A program made the position numbers and the translations under genes. Positions 1 through 14,551 of a DNA stretch of 64,000 nt are shown here, in pieces. Numbering within the stretch: the stretch's first letter is position 1; every line of letters starts with the position of its first letter. Below the pieces are notes generated by a model. The model worked only from the letters and a program-made list of their open reading frames with translations, did not search any database and was not told where the DNA came from. Location: positions 634,381 to 698,380 of the forward strand of contig NMRA01000166.1 of assembly GCA_002633005.1 (NCBI GenBank), written 5' to 3'. This DNA comes from Phoronis australis. Its lineage: Eukaryota; Animalia; Phoronida.

Positions 1-958
1 TATGCGTCGGCTTTCGGTGGCATGAAATATAGCGTCACCTATTGGCCAGTTTCTTGTTTTGCCAATTTTGCAATCAACTATTCTTCTTCCACGAGGTTGC
101 GCACATGTCACAACAAATTATTGGAACTGGTTTCATTTCATTACAAGTTCTTCGTATTTTGATATCCCAAAACTGAATTTCAGAACAAACTGTTCTGCTA
201 TGGGTTGGAAGGGCATCACACAGTGGTACCAAGCTGTATTTTGACGATAGTCTTCATGCAGCTAGCTGCCTGGCTAGCCAATGTCCAACCACAGGCACCT
301 TTATCAACCACTCAACATTATACTAAAATAAAGAGAAAGCTGAACAACTGCTATCCGGTATGGTCAGCCACCAGGCTTTTCTGGAATAACTCGAATCATG
401 TCATTGTGGGAGTAAAGTACTCACATACTTTCTAAGTGCTTATCTGCAATTGCCACATTTACTACTTATGTTTGTTGATATTGGCACCAATAAATACCAT
501 CCATTCGGGGACATCCTTGTGTGTTTGTATACTATATCATTGACCAGTATCTATTCATAGTGAAACCCTACATGATAGACTGCTGTTCAGACTTCATTCA
601 TGTGAGATTTGGATCAGATCACCGGATCTTTCAATTTTGTTGTTGTTTTGCTCTCAAAACCCACACGTATTTCTGTTCACTATACATATTGTTGTTAGAG
701 TTAATAAACTTGTGTGTCAGTAGAAACCCAACCACTATGTTCATTTTTATGCTGCTCTCCATCAACCTGCTGCTGCTACCTTGCTATCCAACTTATCTAT
801 ATATCGTTCAATCATTAATCGAGTAATCAACTATACGACCTATCACACTTGATTTCACGCCGCCCGGGTAACTCTGCGCATCACCACGTCATGAAACCCC
901 AGCTCAACATTTCATGTGGTAATAAAAACAATATATTTTCTTACTGGTCGAGAAAGCA

Positions 959-1031
959 TAGGACTTGGAGCTACTAGGACTAGGAGCTACTAGGACTAGG
1001 AGCTACTAGGACTAGGAGCTACTAGGACTAG
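959..1031. repeat. 16-bp tandem repeat (TAGGACTAGGAGCTAC) x ~4.5
   Basis: Directly visible tandem copies upstream of the SAP18 exon. Confidence 0.9.
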
Positions 1032-1261
1032 CATCTACTGAGAATTGAACTGGAAGAAATATGTCAATTGTGAAACGGCAGTCTCCTCCTGCCACTTTGG
1101 AATTTGTAACGATATGCTACAGTTGCAATTCTGTCTATTTGACCAATTCAACTATTGATTGAGGGTATCCTGAAAACTAGGAAACCCAATAAAACAAAAT
1201 TTACATGCCGATAAACAAATTGTTTGCTGCTCTACTGAGTTGTGTGTTTTTTTCATTTCAG

Positions 1262-1368
1262 CAATGTCCTCTTCTACTCAGAGTATTTTGTAATACAGGC
1301 AGACATCACTCCATGAGCGAGTTCGCAAGGGGAAACACTCCTTCAAATGAATTGCAGATCTACACCTG
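1262..1368 (+). CDS. SAP18: SAP18 (Sin3-associated polypeptide 18) internal coding exon
   Basis: ttcatttcag acceptor, TG|gt donor; reads QCPLLLRVFCNTGRHHSMSEFARGNTPSNELQIYTW, the conserved SAP18 N-terminal block. Phase 2 matches the next exon. The first coding exon was not found. Confidence 0.93.
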
Positions 1369-3234
1369 GTAATAATTTTTTTACCGTGGAATTTTGGTAA
1401 AATTTACTTTGCAATAAAACTCGCATATGTCTGATCCAACCAAACAGATAATATTTTATCCAATAAACTGAAATCCGGCTTATTTGGTGAACTAGAACAA
1501 CTGTAGTTTGGATCGTTGTCTGAGTTCAGCGAAAATCTGACTTATGAATGTCCAACTTAAGCATGTCATACTTGTGTGAGGTTTAATGAATTCACACTCT
1601 GGTCTTTTGATGAGCAAAACCAGCATGATCTTGGATATGGAATATTCCATTTAGTTGAAGGATTTCTATGTGCAGATTAGATGCTAAGCTAATCAGATTT
1701 CTTTCAAATTGTTTTCCTTGAATTATAACAGCAGTAGTATGTGATAAAAGTTTTTGAATACCATGTGGAGAAAGGATTATTAATATAATGTGAAAAGAGA
1801 TAGTATGCAATGTCCATGAAAATTATGCAATAAATTACGAAATGAAGAACAGACAAAAACACCCAAGTCTTATGTTATGGTGTCAATTATGGAATTTAAT
1901 GAAAATAGAACATAATGCTATGTGTGGTAGGAAAGTAGGAGTGCCGGGTGTTTTCACACTGTCTCTTTTGGTTTCTTTCTAGTGAAGGTAAAGAGTCAAA
2001 AATCTGAAATACGTATTGTGAGAGAAAGTTATTATCACCAAGACTTGTGTTTCTGTCTGTTTCCCACATGTCTCCATATTTGTGTATGTGATTGTCAGGA
2101 AAATTATTTTGATGTATGAGTTAATAAGTCTCAGTTCCTGCTCATAATGTCTGCTATATATCGGGAAAAAGTACAATGAACGCATTCACATTGTTTCCAG
2201 CCATCTTTATTACTACCCACAATTCTCTAATAATCCCATAATTCATAGCATACAAGGTATAGGGGAGCAAACAACTACACCACACATGAATACAGGTTTG
2301 TGGAAAAGGGATGTTATGCAACAGTGACACAGTGGACTAATTGAGTTTTCTTTGAAGAGTTCTCTAATTTATGTAGTTTTTGTGGAAATAATTTGAAAAA
2401 TTAAAGGGGAATGCAATGGTTTTTGATTTGATGAATAATGTGAGAAATAGTAAAAAACTTAAATGATTTTGGATGTGGCTTATCTATGAGAGTACATTTC
2501 CTTCAATTGAAATGCGCTCCTTGATTTTAATGCTATGGTAAAAATTGTTCAATTTTGGACAAAAATAACTGGCTGCTAAAATTGTCATATATCTATCTAT
2601 AGCGGCTTACCACATTATTGCATATGTTCAAAAATTTACCACATATTGTTTGGTAATGGCTATACCATACAAGCCATGCTGAAACAAAGTAAACTTTTCT
2701 GAAAGGTTACCTTCATTGAAAAATTTTACAAATTCAAATTTCACCTGTCTGCCGTATTGCGTCCCAAACTGAAGAATTTTTACGGTACATCAAAACATGA
2801 GCTCCTGTAAATTTATAATTAGGTTAATTTACAGATCATTTATCAGGGTTCTGTTTGCACAAGAATCCAAACATGGCTCAAATTGCGTGTGATGTTTTCA
2901 TGGCCTAATTATGATTTATTATAATTCACAGAAACTTCTTGCTTTATGCTATTTTCACTTGCTTAATAAGAAAACCTGGCTTTGTCATCATTACAGCACA
3001 AGAATAGAAAATAAATACTTCTCAGTGCTGGACACTTAGCTTGACGCCATGTTGCATTTGGCGACTTGGTAAAAATACATGTACTAGCAGTTTGTCATTT
3101 CTTTAGAGTTAATGTAACAAAGCATTGTGTTTAACCATATGTTATCATGGATATTTTTAGATTCTTGATTGTATAATTACACAATTCAAATGGCCCTGAC
3201 CTCTTTTGATTCCAAAAACTGCATATTCTTCCAG

Positions 3235-3520
3235 GTTGGATGCGTCTTTGAAGGAACTAACAAGTCTTATTAAAGAGGTCAACCCAGACTCCAGGCGAAA
3301 GGGAACATTCTTCGATTTTGGAATTGTTTACCCTGACCCTCGCGCACCTGTTTACAGACTGAGAGAAATCGGGTCAACCTGTGCCGGCCGCAAGGGCGCC
3401 GATGACTCTGTGACATTGGCTGGCAAGAAGTTTGTCATTGGTGATTATCTAGATGTGGCCATCTCACCAGCAAGGGGAGGGGCTGGTCCACCTTTGGGAA
3501 GGCGTCTGAGGCCTTATTGA
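3235..3520 (+). CDS. SAP18: SAP18 terminal coding exon
   Basis: ttcttccag acceptor; (W)LDASLKELTSLIKEVNPDSRRKGTFFDF...IGST...DDSVTL...FVIGDYLDVAI...RLRPY*, matching SAP18 including the C-terminal R-x-R-P-Y. Confidence 0.95.
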
Positions 3521-3900
3521 TCTGTGAATACTGAAATCTATGAACGTTTTAGAGGCAAATGACACTGAAGTCTTAGGACATTTTATCACCCTTCATAGCA
3601 AATGATGTGTTGGACTTACTGTATGTAGGATTTCATGTTAATATAGTTGACCAAGTCAGTTTTTAAAGATTTTAAAGCAGTTATAAACCCACCATTGGTC
3701 ATTATTAGACCACTTTCTGTCATCAAAGTGGCCTTAACTTGTTCTTTAAAAAAACAATTGTAGGCGGTCTGATAGACGTACCAGAGGTGCACAGGCTTCG
3801 TATGTGGGCCCCTTGCAATGATCACCTGGAACCATTTTTGTTTTTTATTAATATATAGTTAAAACAGAGCTGAGGAGCTAGAGACCTGACTCAAGGGTTT

Positions 3901-3980
3901 AGCAGTGTGACCCATTGGGACTCGAACCCATGACCTCCAGTAAAGAAAGCGGTCACCTATCACACTAGGCCACACTGCTT
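3901..3980 (-). mobile_element. tRNA-derived SINE head / tRNA pseudogene
   Basis: Minus strand has A-box-like TGGCCTAGTG and B-box GGTTCGAGTCCC; ends GCAGTGTG/CACACTGC are complementary; no canonical cloverleaf seen. Confidence 0.6.
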
Positions 3981-6599
3981 CTTCCTTGTTCCTTACTCAG
4001 ATGAATGATTTCATGTGTAGGGAAGCACTGAGAGTTCAGTGGTGGTCACCAACTATGTAAAATTTAAAATAGCATAATGTCAGTTATTCCCTAGACCAGG
4101 AGTCAGTGCAAGTCTGAATAACAATCTACTTATTTTTAAATTTAAATCGTTAAGTGCTCTAAATCAAGTGTTAATTTCTTAGAGAAGGTGGCTTTTATTC
4201 TCTGCCTTGGTAACCAAGCTATTTCTTTTAATTTGTAACTGTAAGGGCCAACAGTCTTTCCTAGTGAGGGTTAGCACTGGGGAAATACCGTGTAACAGAA
4301 GGAAGCAATATGAGATATTTTGATTGGTTGGAACATCACATTTGGACATTGGTTGTTGTTAAGAAATGCCTTTGTGGCATGCTGCTGACTAAGATGGAGC
4401 AAAATCGATGCATTCCACAAAAATTCACATCTGGTGACTTACTCAAGATAACAAGTTCAAATATAACAAACAATGACTACTTCTCTGGCTTATTCCAAGA
4501 CCATATCTTTGAAACATCCAAAGGGAGGCAAATGCACTAATGCAATGCCCGCAGGTAGATATTTTGATGTGTCCTCATGGCAATGCCACTCTTCTCCAGA
4601 GGTACCGCTGTGTATCTGCAGGGGGGGGAGTAAAAGTTAGGACTTGTGTTAAAGCCATCGTTTTGAAGATTAAGTGCAAAAGCACAGATGTAGTAGGTAG
4701 TAAGTAAACCTTTGTCTTGCTATATCAAGTTTATGGTGAATTCTGTGGTTTGATCTGTCTCTTACTTTTATGCACCTACATACCTTGTGCCGTCATCCCC
4801 AGTGTCCTCTGCGGTATCTCCAAAACCAGCTACCGGTGTGCCCCCTGTTATTTTCTTTATGTTTGCCTCCATGAAGCCTACCAATTTTCATGAAATTTGG
4901 CAAATAGGTATCTGTCAGGGAGAGACGGCGCTGTCTTGTTATGGGAGGGATTCCATATATTCTGTGCCACTAAGTGGCCGTCTACTTATTTGGAGTCTGG
5001 ATTAGTTCTAGACCAGTTGCAAGAGTAAGTAGTTTAAATCGAAAACTGGTTTCCATTTTTGTGATGAAATACGGGTCCATAGCTGCCTAAAATTTGGCAC
5101 CCTTTCAAAACCAACTTAAAGGGTTGCTATGCAGACGTGGCAGTTAGTGAAGTTGGAAATATAGCCGCCTAATACGTGAGGAACACTGAAAAAGTAGCCT
5201 ACCTTCACCAACAAAAAGAAAAACACTCTGAATCGAGCTGTCTGTGATCTTCTCTCCGAAAGGAAACTGTATGTGCTACCTAGGCCTACTTCTTATTGAA
5301 CACCTGTAAGACTTGGTTTAGCAAGTAGGGTAATCTAGGTTAATAATAAAAAAAGATCGCGCTTCGGTATGATTTGCCCGGATTTCCCCTGGGAAATGTT
5401 AGGAAATAACAAAACTTGCTGTTCGCGAAGATGTCACTGACCTCCCTGATGCGCACTAGTTATATTCTAAAAAGTTTGTGGAGACTAAATATAACAACAA
5501 CATTTGTAAAAAGAAACAAGCCCGGGTGTTCAGTCCAGAGGGTGTCCGGTCTTAATTAAACTCGCACAAGAAGGTTAACTTATTTCTTTAAAGTTTGTTT
5601 TGATGGTAAATAATACTGTAGTTCACTGCAATTTGCCCTATGCAGTTTTGGACAAAGGTGCACGAGTATTAAGGGTATAGAGCTAACGTACAAGTACCGG
5701 CACAGTGCCAGACCTGCGTTAAACTTTGGTGAAAGGCTGACAATGTATTTCGAAAAAAAATGAGATGGTTTGTAAAGCGCTGCTTTTGTGGAGCGTATTT
5801 ATATTAGTTAATAGGAATTTTAATTCAATAAGATAATTTTGCGAATGCAAAACTATATTTTTCCAGAGGCCCCTCTCTGGCAAGGGGTAATGGAGACAAC
5901 TGTCGCTCTATTTTTTCGTTTTTTGCTCGAAATGGCATGTCACTTGAGGAAAATTTTATGACCTGACAGATAGATTGCTGCGCATTTCCTGTTTTCGAAA
6001 TTATTGATCTTTTCATGTTTAGGAGCCCCGCCCTTGAAAAGGGGCCATTGTTGACATTCAAGTGGCCACCCTTTTGGGTTCTTATTGACAAATTCTTAAG
6101 GGGCCGCTCACGGAGAGTGGGCCCAATGTTGGAATCGATTATGCATACCTCTATTTTCGTGTTTTTGTGCAATCGTTCAACCGGCTGTCATGTTGAGGAA
6201 GGTAACTTCTTGAAGGGTCACACGTTGATGGAATGAACTGCCACTCTTTTACAAGCTTATTGATGCCTTTCATCTCAGACCCGTAGCAAGCATTGCGCAG
6301 GGAGTGGTTCGAATTTATCTGGTTGTATTTTGCATGTTACTTACATCGCTGGAAATGGGCACAGCACACTATTGTGAAGGTCCACTACTCCGAAGGTTCG
6401 CTACTCCGAAAATATCTAAATTTTCGAACCCAGGTTTAATATACTTTTGCATGCAAAATGTAAACGATACTTCGGTTATTAGATGCTCTGAGTGGTGTAC
6501 CCATACCAAAAACAACGTCCGCATACTATTGATTTCATGCGCATACAAAATTGCCTGCATGTCTTACCAATACGGAAAACTAAGTACGTTCTTGCATTT

Positions 6600-7237
6600 T
6601 TAAAAGGCTACCAAATCCAAGTTTGGCCTATTAACGAATAATAAAAATGACTTTCCCATCCAGTTCTCTAAAACAAAATAATACTCTGTAACCACTGACA
6701 ACCCTCGAAAGTTTGCTGAAAAAATTGAACACTCCTCTCAAAGTTTGCTAAACGAGCGAGCGTAACCTACGTTTTTTGCGAATTACACGACAACTGTGGG
6801 AAAGGTCCACCCACCAAGGACCATATTGTCCAAACTATGACAAGGGGTTTATGAATTTTCACGTGATTCCTTCATTAAAAAGAATTTTAAACCCTATTTT
6901 GATGACTTCAACGAATCTTTGTCCTCTCTTGCTGTTGCATCATTGGCGTCAATCTTGAAAGATAAAGCAGCAATCAACTAAGAATTTGTACACACTATCT
7001 CGAATTGGACATTATGGTCCTTGGTGGGTGGTTTTTTCCACAGATGCCGCGTAACTCGCTAAAAGCGTAGGTCACGCTTGCATCTTCATTAGAATTTGTA
7101 AGGAGTTATCTGATTTTCCTCAAAACTTTACAGGGTTGTCTATCCGTTACAGAGCATTATTTCGTTTCAGAGAACTGGATGGGAAAGTCGGTTTAGTATC
7201 TGTTAATATGATAAAACCGGGTTTGGTATACTTTTAA
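6600..7237. mobile_element. TTAA-flanked MITE with ~230-bp inverted arms (Kolobok/piggyBac-type target)
   Basis: Arm 6604-6835 is the imperfect reverse complement of ~7005-7233 (e.g. GACTTTCCCATCCAGTTCTCT / AGAGAACTGGATGGGAAAGTC); TTAA at both ends. Confidence 0.8.
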
Positions 7238-8269
7238 CTTGGAAGATTGACACCAGAGATGCATCAGCAGGTGACAGAACGAGGATTGGTGGAAATGATC
7301 ACAGGGTTTACTATCCTTTAAACGAATACGAAGTACATGGGGATATTGATGAATTATTACCTCACTCTACGGAACTAGTGGAAACTAAATGTACTTAGAA
7401 GAAGGCATTTCTGTCCCTGCCAGTAGTCAAAGGGTATGCAATGGTTACTAAATGGACAAAAAACACTATTTCATTCATGTCAGTTCCGACTCATTAGCAG
7501 ACAATCAGAGTAATGAATTGTAGGTGTAGTGAAACTTCATAGTGGACTTTGCGAGAAAGGAACCGTCGGAATAGTGACACGTAACCTTGGAAATCTTTTG
7601 CATCAAGTTTGTTGCTCGCATGAAGTCTGCGAGGCTGTGCACCATTGTCACAGATGTACAAGGGAACACTTTCTTCTTTGACCAAAGAATCATTAGGTCT
7701 AGACCTGCTTTTCCCCAATACTGTGAACATGCCCGTTTCCTCAGTGCAAGAACATACGGTAGTAAGTGTCTGGTTTTTGATTGAGCAACGACAGAAGACT
7801 GCTTAGAGTGAACTTACCGTTGGCGTGTACTGGATTTAAAAGAATGAAAACGCGCACACGTGCATTCCAGTCCACCAATCCACCATGAAAGTGCACACTG
7901 GATGAACAACAATCATTTGACGATCACCTTCAATTGGAAATTTGAAATGCCTGCACCTTACCCTACTATGCTACCAAGTATACCAAAATAGCAGATAACA
8001 ATCATATTTTTTGCTGTTTTGTTTCTTGGTCGATTTTAAGACATTCACGCCATACTACTTTTTGAGAGCTAGTTCGCTATTTTAAAGCTTTTAAGTTAAA
8101 ACCTCTTATAGACATTTACTTCTAGACTCCCTTGTTATCCTATAATGTATCGTTGGCCAGAAGCAAATTCGTCTAACTTAGTTATAATTATAGTTAGTAC
8201 TACCAGTAGCTGCAACAATGTTGTTGTTATTTTGGTCAATCTATACCCTATCTCTTACGGATAGCTGGG

Positions 8270-8990
8270 GGTGGCCCTTTTCCGCGGGGGGAGGGCTCGA
8301 TCGAACCGTCCGAACCCCCCCCCGCCCTGGCTAAAAGCCTGCATCTTGAGATGTCCCAATTCAGTGGGGGCCTCTCTCCGTCGGTGGGGTGGTTCGGAGG
8401 AATTGTCCCTTTGTCCTTCTATACATGTAAATCCGACAATGCGAAGTATTCCCGAGGGGGATTTGAGATTCCAAATTCATATGAAAAACATTCGTGAACA
8501 GCACACCAGTATCAAGACATTCGACCCAAACGGCTAAAATATGTGAAAAATACACTAGGATTGACCGCCATCGAAAGGGTGGAATATTGAAGAACGTGAA
8601 GTCCACTATTTGTGAATTATACAAAGGGACTTTCTAATGGTCAGTTTTACGTTTTCCAATAGTATCACTAGAATAGTATTTCTTTTGAAGATTATTGGTA
8701 GGAGTTGTTTTCAAGAAATTCGCACATGTCGAAAAGGCTGTAGGGACTACGATTTGTGCTGACCGCGTACATGTCGAACGGGTGTACTCTTGAAACCATT
8801 AACAGACGTTTCAGTTTTTTGAGATCAAGTTTAACTCGTGAACCGTTATAGATATCCCTGAAATGATTAAAAATACACGTTAATACGAATTCGGACATTT
8901 TCTTAGAGGAACCCAAACCCCGTGGGTAGACCCATCTCCCGTGTTCCCCCGGTGATCTGTCAAAAATCTGCGAGCATGCCTGCGGAAATT
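8270..8990. repeat. Interspersed repeat, inverted relative of ~49108-49790
   Basis: Shared blocks, e.g. GACCGCCATCGAAA and TGAAGAACGTGAAG..CACT, in opposite orientation. Confidence 0.7.
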
Positions 8991-10436
8991 GCTTATGACG
9001 TTCTGGTTTCTGGTTTACATTTTTTCTATATCTACATGTACAAAAATCGACAGATACATAGACAATTAGAAGTTAATCTTGTAAGAATTGATGACGTTTC
9101 AGTGAATTTATTTTCAGCCTGAATTTGGAAAACTCTATAATTCGAACCCCATGTAGTTAAATACACTAGCTTAGAAGATTTTTGCCTGTCTAAAATAACT
9201 CTCAAAACATTGATGAGATTCGCGCAGTTTCCAAAAATATACTCCTAATTTAAATGACAATAAATGCATTGCTTTCGACTCAGTTACAGGATGACAATAA
9301 ATGGATTGCTTTCGACTCAGATACAGGACTTGTGGTTTAAATTCACAAACGGGAGATTAAAAAGGAATTTACTCATTTAATCGAGGCAAACGAATTGCGA
9401 GTTACACTGGGGGCTCAGGACCGCAGGAAGGTAAAAAATGTTGGGGGAGGGACGCAAACCAATTCGACTTCGCCCGGCAAACTACCCCACCTCCTTTGGC
9501 TATCAATATCCTTGAGACTTATTTCAGAGAGGAAAAAATCGTTTAGTGTACTTGGCTGTTTGGGATCTGATGGTAGATCGAACTTTCCCAATGTCAGCCT
9601 GCAACTAAGTTTACTGAAGCATCGCCATTTCCTACAAGATCCCCAGACTCGCTCCTGGTCATGGCCGCGCCTTTAAATTCCTCTGCGAGAACCAATGGTT
9701 CGGACATCAGGAATCTGGACCCCGGGATTGGAATTTGGTCACCGTACTGCATGTATGCAACATTTTCGGTGCTTGTGTAGAGTTTGAGTCGGGAGATTTC
9801 TGTGGTAGTTACACGTGTCTGCTGGTAAAGGACGGGCCGGGAGTTTAGTAGGGGGTCTGATGGCTGGTCATTGACCGGCCTTAATTCCGCTAACCGGCCC
9901 TGCTTGACATGATGGCAAGATTCGATTGACCAGCCTTGTTGACATGCCGACTCTAGTAATGCTTGACCTTCACGTTGTGCTTGATAAGGCGACGACTCGA
10001 CCGCTCTGGAGGCTTTTGTTCTTTACACACAGATGTAGTATTTTTCTATCATTTTATCTTTATTATAAGCTCTTCTTCGACTAACGACAGTTTCTAATAA
10101 CATAGCTAAAAACTGAGCCCTTAATTCAGTCAAAATAATTAGATACTTACCTTAAATTAGGAGCGTTGCATAATATTGAGACTTCAACGTAGATTTCACC
10201 TTCAATTTGTATCTAAGCCAAAAATGGACTTAGTAATGAAACTCAAACATAAGAAAGGACAATCAGTGGTTCCACAAGTGCACAAATACGCAGTAAATTT
10301 AGGGACCTTTAGTTGAGTCCCTGTTTGGTTCTGACCCGAAGTGAGCAAACACAATAAAAGTCGTTCCCGATAAAATAAATGCCAGAGCGTCCGCAAGCTA
10401 CTACAGCTTCACAGTTAGCAACCACAGCAAGACGGA

Positions 10437-10865
10437 ATGAACAAGGTGGAAAAAGGAGAAACCGAACGTAGTAATGGAAACACTACGCAAGCGCTGCTTG
10501 AAAAGAATTCAAAAGACGATAAAGAGTTTGAATACTTTGAAGACATTCTAGTGTATATCGGTGAATGGGGACGAACTCAAATTTTGCTTAACATGGTAGG
10601 CTTATTAACGATCTTCCCTGTGGTATGGGAGAATTTGGCAATGGTGTTTTTGGCAGGGGTACCGCGACACCATTGTTTGGTAGAAGAGGGTTTGGAGAAC
10701 ATGTCGCTGCCGCTTGAATTAAACAAAGGTGAATTAGTTTACAGTCAGTGCCATATGTACGACATTAATTTAACAGACCCAGCTCGGAACAACCGCACTG
10801 GAACGATTCCATGTCAACGATGGCATTACGATGAATCTGACTTCGAAAACACAATTGTTTCAGAG
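10437..10865 (+). CDS. SLC22-family organic ion transporter, exon 1
   Basis: FEDILVYIGEWGRTQ, TM1, extracellular loop with 3 Cys ending W.YD.S.F.NTIVSE; GAG|gtaaat donor, phase 0. Confidence 0.92.
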
Positions 10866-11445
10866 GTAAATATTTTGTAACATTTGTTACTCATGAACTC
10901 CATCTGGTAACATTTCCTGTAATTACAACTATTTGCACAGCAATATAAATTCGTACACTTAAAGCGAAGGACCACTTTTGGGTCTGGAAGTGTAGTCCAT
11001 ATTGGAAAGGAACGCTGCATGAAGTCGATTCTGCAGTTATAGTGTAGCATTAAATAATTCCGATGTGTGCAGACGTCTCTCCGTCTTTTTGGACCAAATA
11101 TACCCGTCATTAGCACCTAATCCTTTATCAAAGGTAACAAATATTAATTGCAATAGTTTTGTTTTTCTCTTATTTTCTTTCTAGCCGACAGTTGCTTGGT
11201 TCATTGTTATATTTTGATGTAACTAGGATGGAAATTAAACTGAGGCAACGAGTGCTACCTATAGAGATGTAACCTTCTTTTTGTTTCTATGTTGCGTTTG
11301 TGACTGGAGATGTTGCGTATTAAGCGTTATTTGAAATAAAATCAAAAATGAATCAATAAGTCAACTAATTTAAATTGGAATATCTCACTTGTCTTGCAAT
11401 TGAACAACGAAAACTGTGTGTGAGTGAACGTGTTTCTATTTTAAG

Positions 11446-11549
11446 TGGAATCTGGTGTGTGGTAAGGCATGGTTGCGAGCATTTTCAACAATGATCTTCT
11501 TCTTTGGTTTCTTCGTCGGATGCCTTGTGGTCAGTCACCTTTCAGACAG
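11446..11549 (+). CDS. SLC22-family transporter, exon 2
   Basis: 104-nt AG/GT exon: WNLVCGKAWLRAFSTMIFFFGFFVGCLVVSHLSDR (W-x-LVC signature). Confidence 0.93.
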
Positions 11550-13245
11550 GTTAGTTCTTTTTATTGGGGATTATAATCACATTTGAATCTGCGAAACATA
11601 TCAATTAACCAAAAATTTTCATTCATGCGTTAACCAAAAAGGCGTTTTTCAATAAGCCAATGTTTTTCAAAACAAATGAAGCAACCGGAGGTGACAAAGT
11701 GGGCGACAATATGTGTCAAATGTGGCAATATATGTCGCAGCAAACGAGGCCCGCGAGGGTTTCATTGAAAAACATCTACGTTGACTTAAAAAATGACAAG
11801 TTTCTTCATAAAACAAATAAAACTGTCAAGCATTATGTATTGACCAAAAACTGGAGAAATTTCTGTCATAAGTACAGGTCACTGGGGTCCGATCGTGGGT
11901 ATACTGACACTACCTAACCTATGCAGATTGCCATTCTAAGGATTTTTTCACGCCAGCTTAGGAAAATGCAGAAATGACTAACTCGTAAATTACTACCAAG
12001 CTGGGATGCATATCTTTTCAAATGTTAGTTGAGAGTAATTTTATTGACTTCAGCCACAGGCGTATCCATAGCTTTGTCGGCAAAAGATCTCGAATAGGCC
12101 GAGTTAAGACAAAATGGTGGTCTGATCCACATAGGACAAACGCACCGTTGGTAATGGTCTATCGTTGGCCAAATGTGTGCACATATTAATTATTGTGATA
12201 GACATAGTATCACAGTCCGTGTCTAATAAAAAGACTGATAGTTAAACGAGGCTGCCGTAATTTTGACTCGGAAATCTACAGAAATAACTTCCCGTGTTGT
12301 GTTTCTTAGTTTATAGGATTAATCCCTCGATCTCGAGGTGCTCAATGGTTAATTTACTTTTTCATTTCCATATATCTATAGCGAGACACTCTTTGCCGCA
12401 CCGTTGAACTCTGACCGTGAAACGCGAAATGCAAGTTTATGCAACTCAAGTTGCTTTCCCGAACTTTCAGTAAGTGGGAAAGGTTAATTCCGGTTTTTAA
12501 TCTGCACGCGAAACTTCACTTAAAATGATAGGATTCGGTGTAGTGGGAACACTAAATGCGAAGTTTCGTCGAAGTTATCGGTGGAGGTCGCGGCAACGAT
12601 ATACGATCACGGGAGACTCGCAAAATGTTTTCTTTGTTATTGTAGTCTAGCCAACGTGCTCTCAATAGGCGGATGTAAATAAATAAAAAAGGATATCTGA
12701 TGATGAATGATATTGACCATTTTCATAAACACTTGTAAATGGCAAGAAAAATTTTTCAATTAGCCTAGCTCGAACCCACTACTCAATATTCGTTTGAGAG
12801 TACGAATGAACTGCGACATTGCTGTAAGTGGGAAAGGTAAGCGAAGTTTCGGAGAAGCTTCGGCAAACCGATGTTCCTCTAACGGGAAAGCGGTTTAAGT
12901 TTCTATAGTATCTATAATATTTCACTCATATGGGTCCTTTGCATAAAAGTTATACACGCATCGCGTTGCCTTTGTTGAAACAGTGTATTAGACGTCATAT
13001 AACAATCAAACTTATCCAGGGTGCTAACTTTGATGTCTTATGCAACCCAGGTATTTATCACCGTTGTTTCAGTTGCACGTTTTCGTTTGTGAATGCCACA
13101 CAAAATCATATATTATAAATGTAATGAAATTATGTAACAATATAATTCAAAATTTTGCTAAGGATCTCTTGAAGAGTAACTGTATGCTACTTTTCACAAT
13201 TTATTAATTTCTTTTATCGTGTGTTCGCGCTTTCTTTTCACCTAG

Positions 13246-13400
13246 GTTTGGAAGACGGCCCACCATTCTGGGGGTGACCCTTCTCATGGCGTTATCATCC
13301 TCTGCTGTGTACTTCTCGCCAAATTATACAGTCTTCACCCTTTTACGTTGCATTGTGGGGTTTACTGTAGGAGGCCAAATAAACAGCACCATTGTATTAC
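13246..13400 (+). CDS. SLC22-family transporter, exon 3
   Basis: 155-nt exon: FGRRPTILGVTLLMALSSSAVYFSPNYTVFTLLRCIVGFTVGGQINSTIVL; completes MFS motif A (DRFGRR). Confidence 0.93.
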
Positions 13401-14295
13401 GTATGTATTGTGTTGCCTCAACCGGGTGTAAGGTTATGTAGGCCCTAGAAAAATTCCAATTTTGACCGTCTTCGGACCATCATATCTCAGAAATGGCGGG
13501 TCAGATTTACTGAAACTTTCATCAACTGAGTTTCATGTAATGCTCTTCAAAACTCTATTAGGACTTATTTTTAAAATGAACCACTTTTGCATGAAGGGCT
13601 ATCAAAAATAGGACTTATATGATAGTTATGAAAAAATAAACTTTCGTAAATCGAAAACGAAACGATAATTTAGAAAATTGTTACGCTGGAATGTACCTTT
13701 CTTTTGTATTAAATTTTATTAAAAACAAGATCACATTACCTAATTAATGACAGATTGGTACAAAGTCAAAAATCAAATTTTACGGAATTTTTACTTTCAG
13801 AGAATATTTAATTTTGCTGAGTTGAATTCTAGAGTTTTTGACATTTGGCTAAATGTACATTCCTGTCGATAAGGTCCTACATAATCTTAAAGCGAGTGAG
13901 AACTGACAAATCGTCCTTTACAATCAATTTCGAACTTTGTATGAGTTGCTTTTCATTTGACGAGCATATATCAACTGGAATTTGTGATGTAATGTTAAAT
14001 TATAGTGACCACGTAATCACACTTCCTTTGAATACCATACGAAGTTCGTCTATTTCCGTGTGACGCTATCGTGTGCAGTATTACATATAGTATATTAAGC
14101 TTTTGCAACGTATTTGGCGGGTTTTAACATTTTCTAAATAGTTTGAAATACTGTGGCTATCCCGTCAAACTCGGATATCATGTGGATAGGCACTTTTGTC
14201 TCCCGATCGCATCACCAGTTCAATGTATTGCACACTTCGAACTAAGAATCCAGTAGGCCTACGATGACATTCCCGCGGTACAGTGATCTATATTT

Positions 14296-14551
14296 AGCAA
14301 GGGTATCATAGAATCATACCCACGAGCATGACATCTACCTAGGAACCAGTGAATCATGCATACGAACTCGGCATTTGTTCGTGAGTGTGATTCGATGCTC
14401 GTGTGTATGATTTTGTGTCCGTATGTGGTTTATGCGCATGATTTTTGTTCGTATGCGCAATTTTTGAGTTCGTATTCATGATTCATAAGTTTGAAGGTGG
14501 TTCGTGAGTAAGATGCAATGCTCGTGCGTATAATCCTATGGTACCCATGCT
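14296..14551. mobile_element. Palindromic MITE in SLC22 intron 3
   Basis: AGCAAGGGTATCATAGAATCATACCCACGAGCAT pairs with ATGCTCGTGCGTATAATCCTATGGTACCCATGCT; inner arms also complementary. Confidence 0.7.

Noticed and set aside
7494-7784. Three overlapping short ORFs
   Set aside because: No domain and no consistent splice partners.
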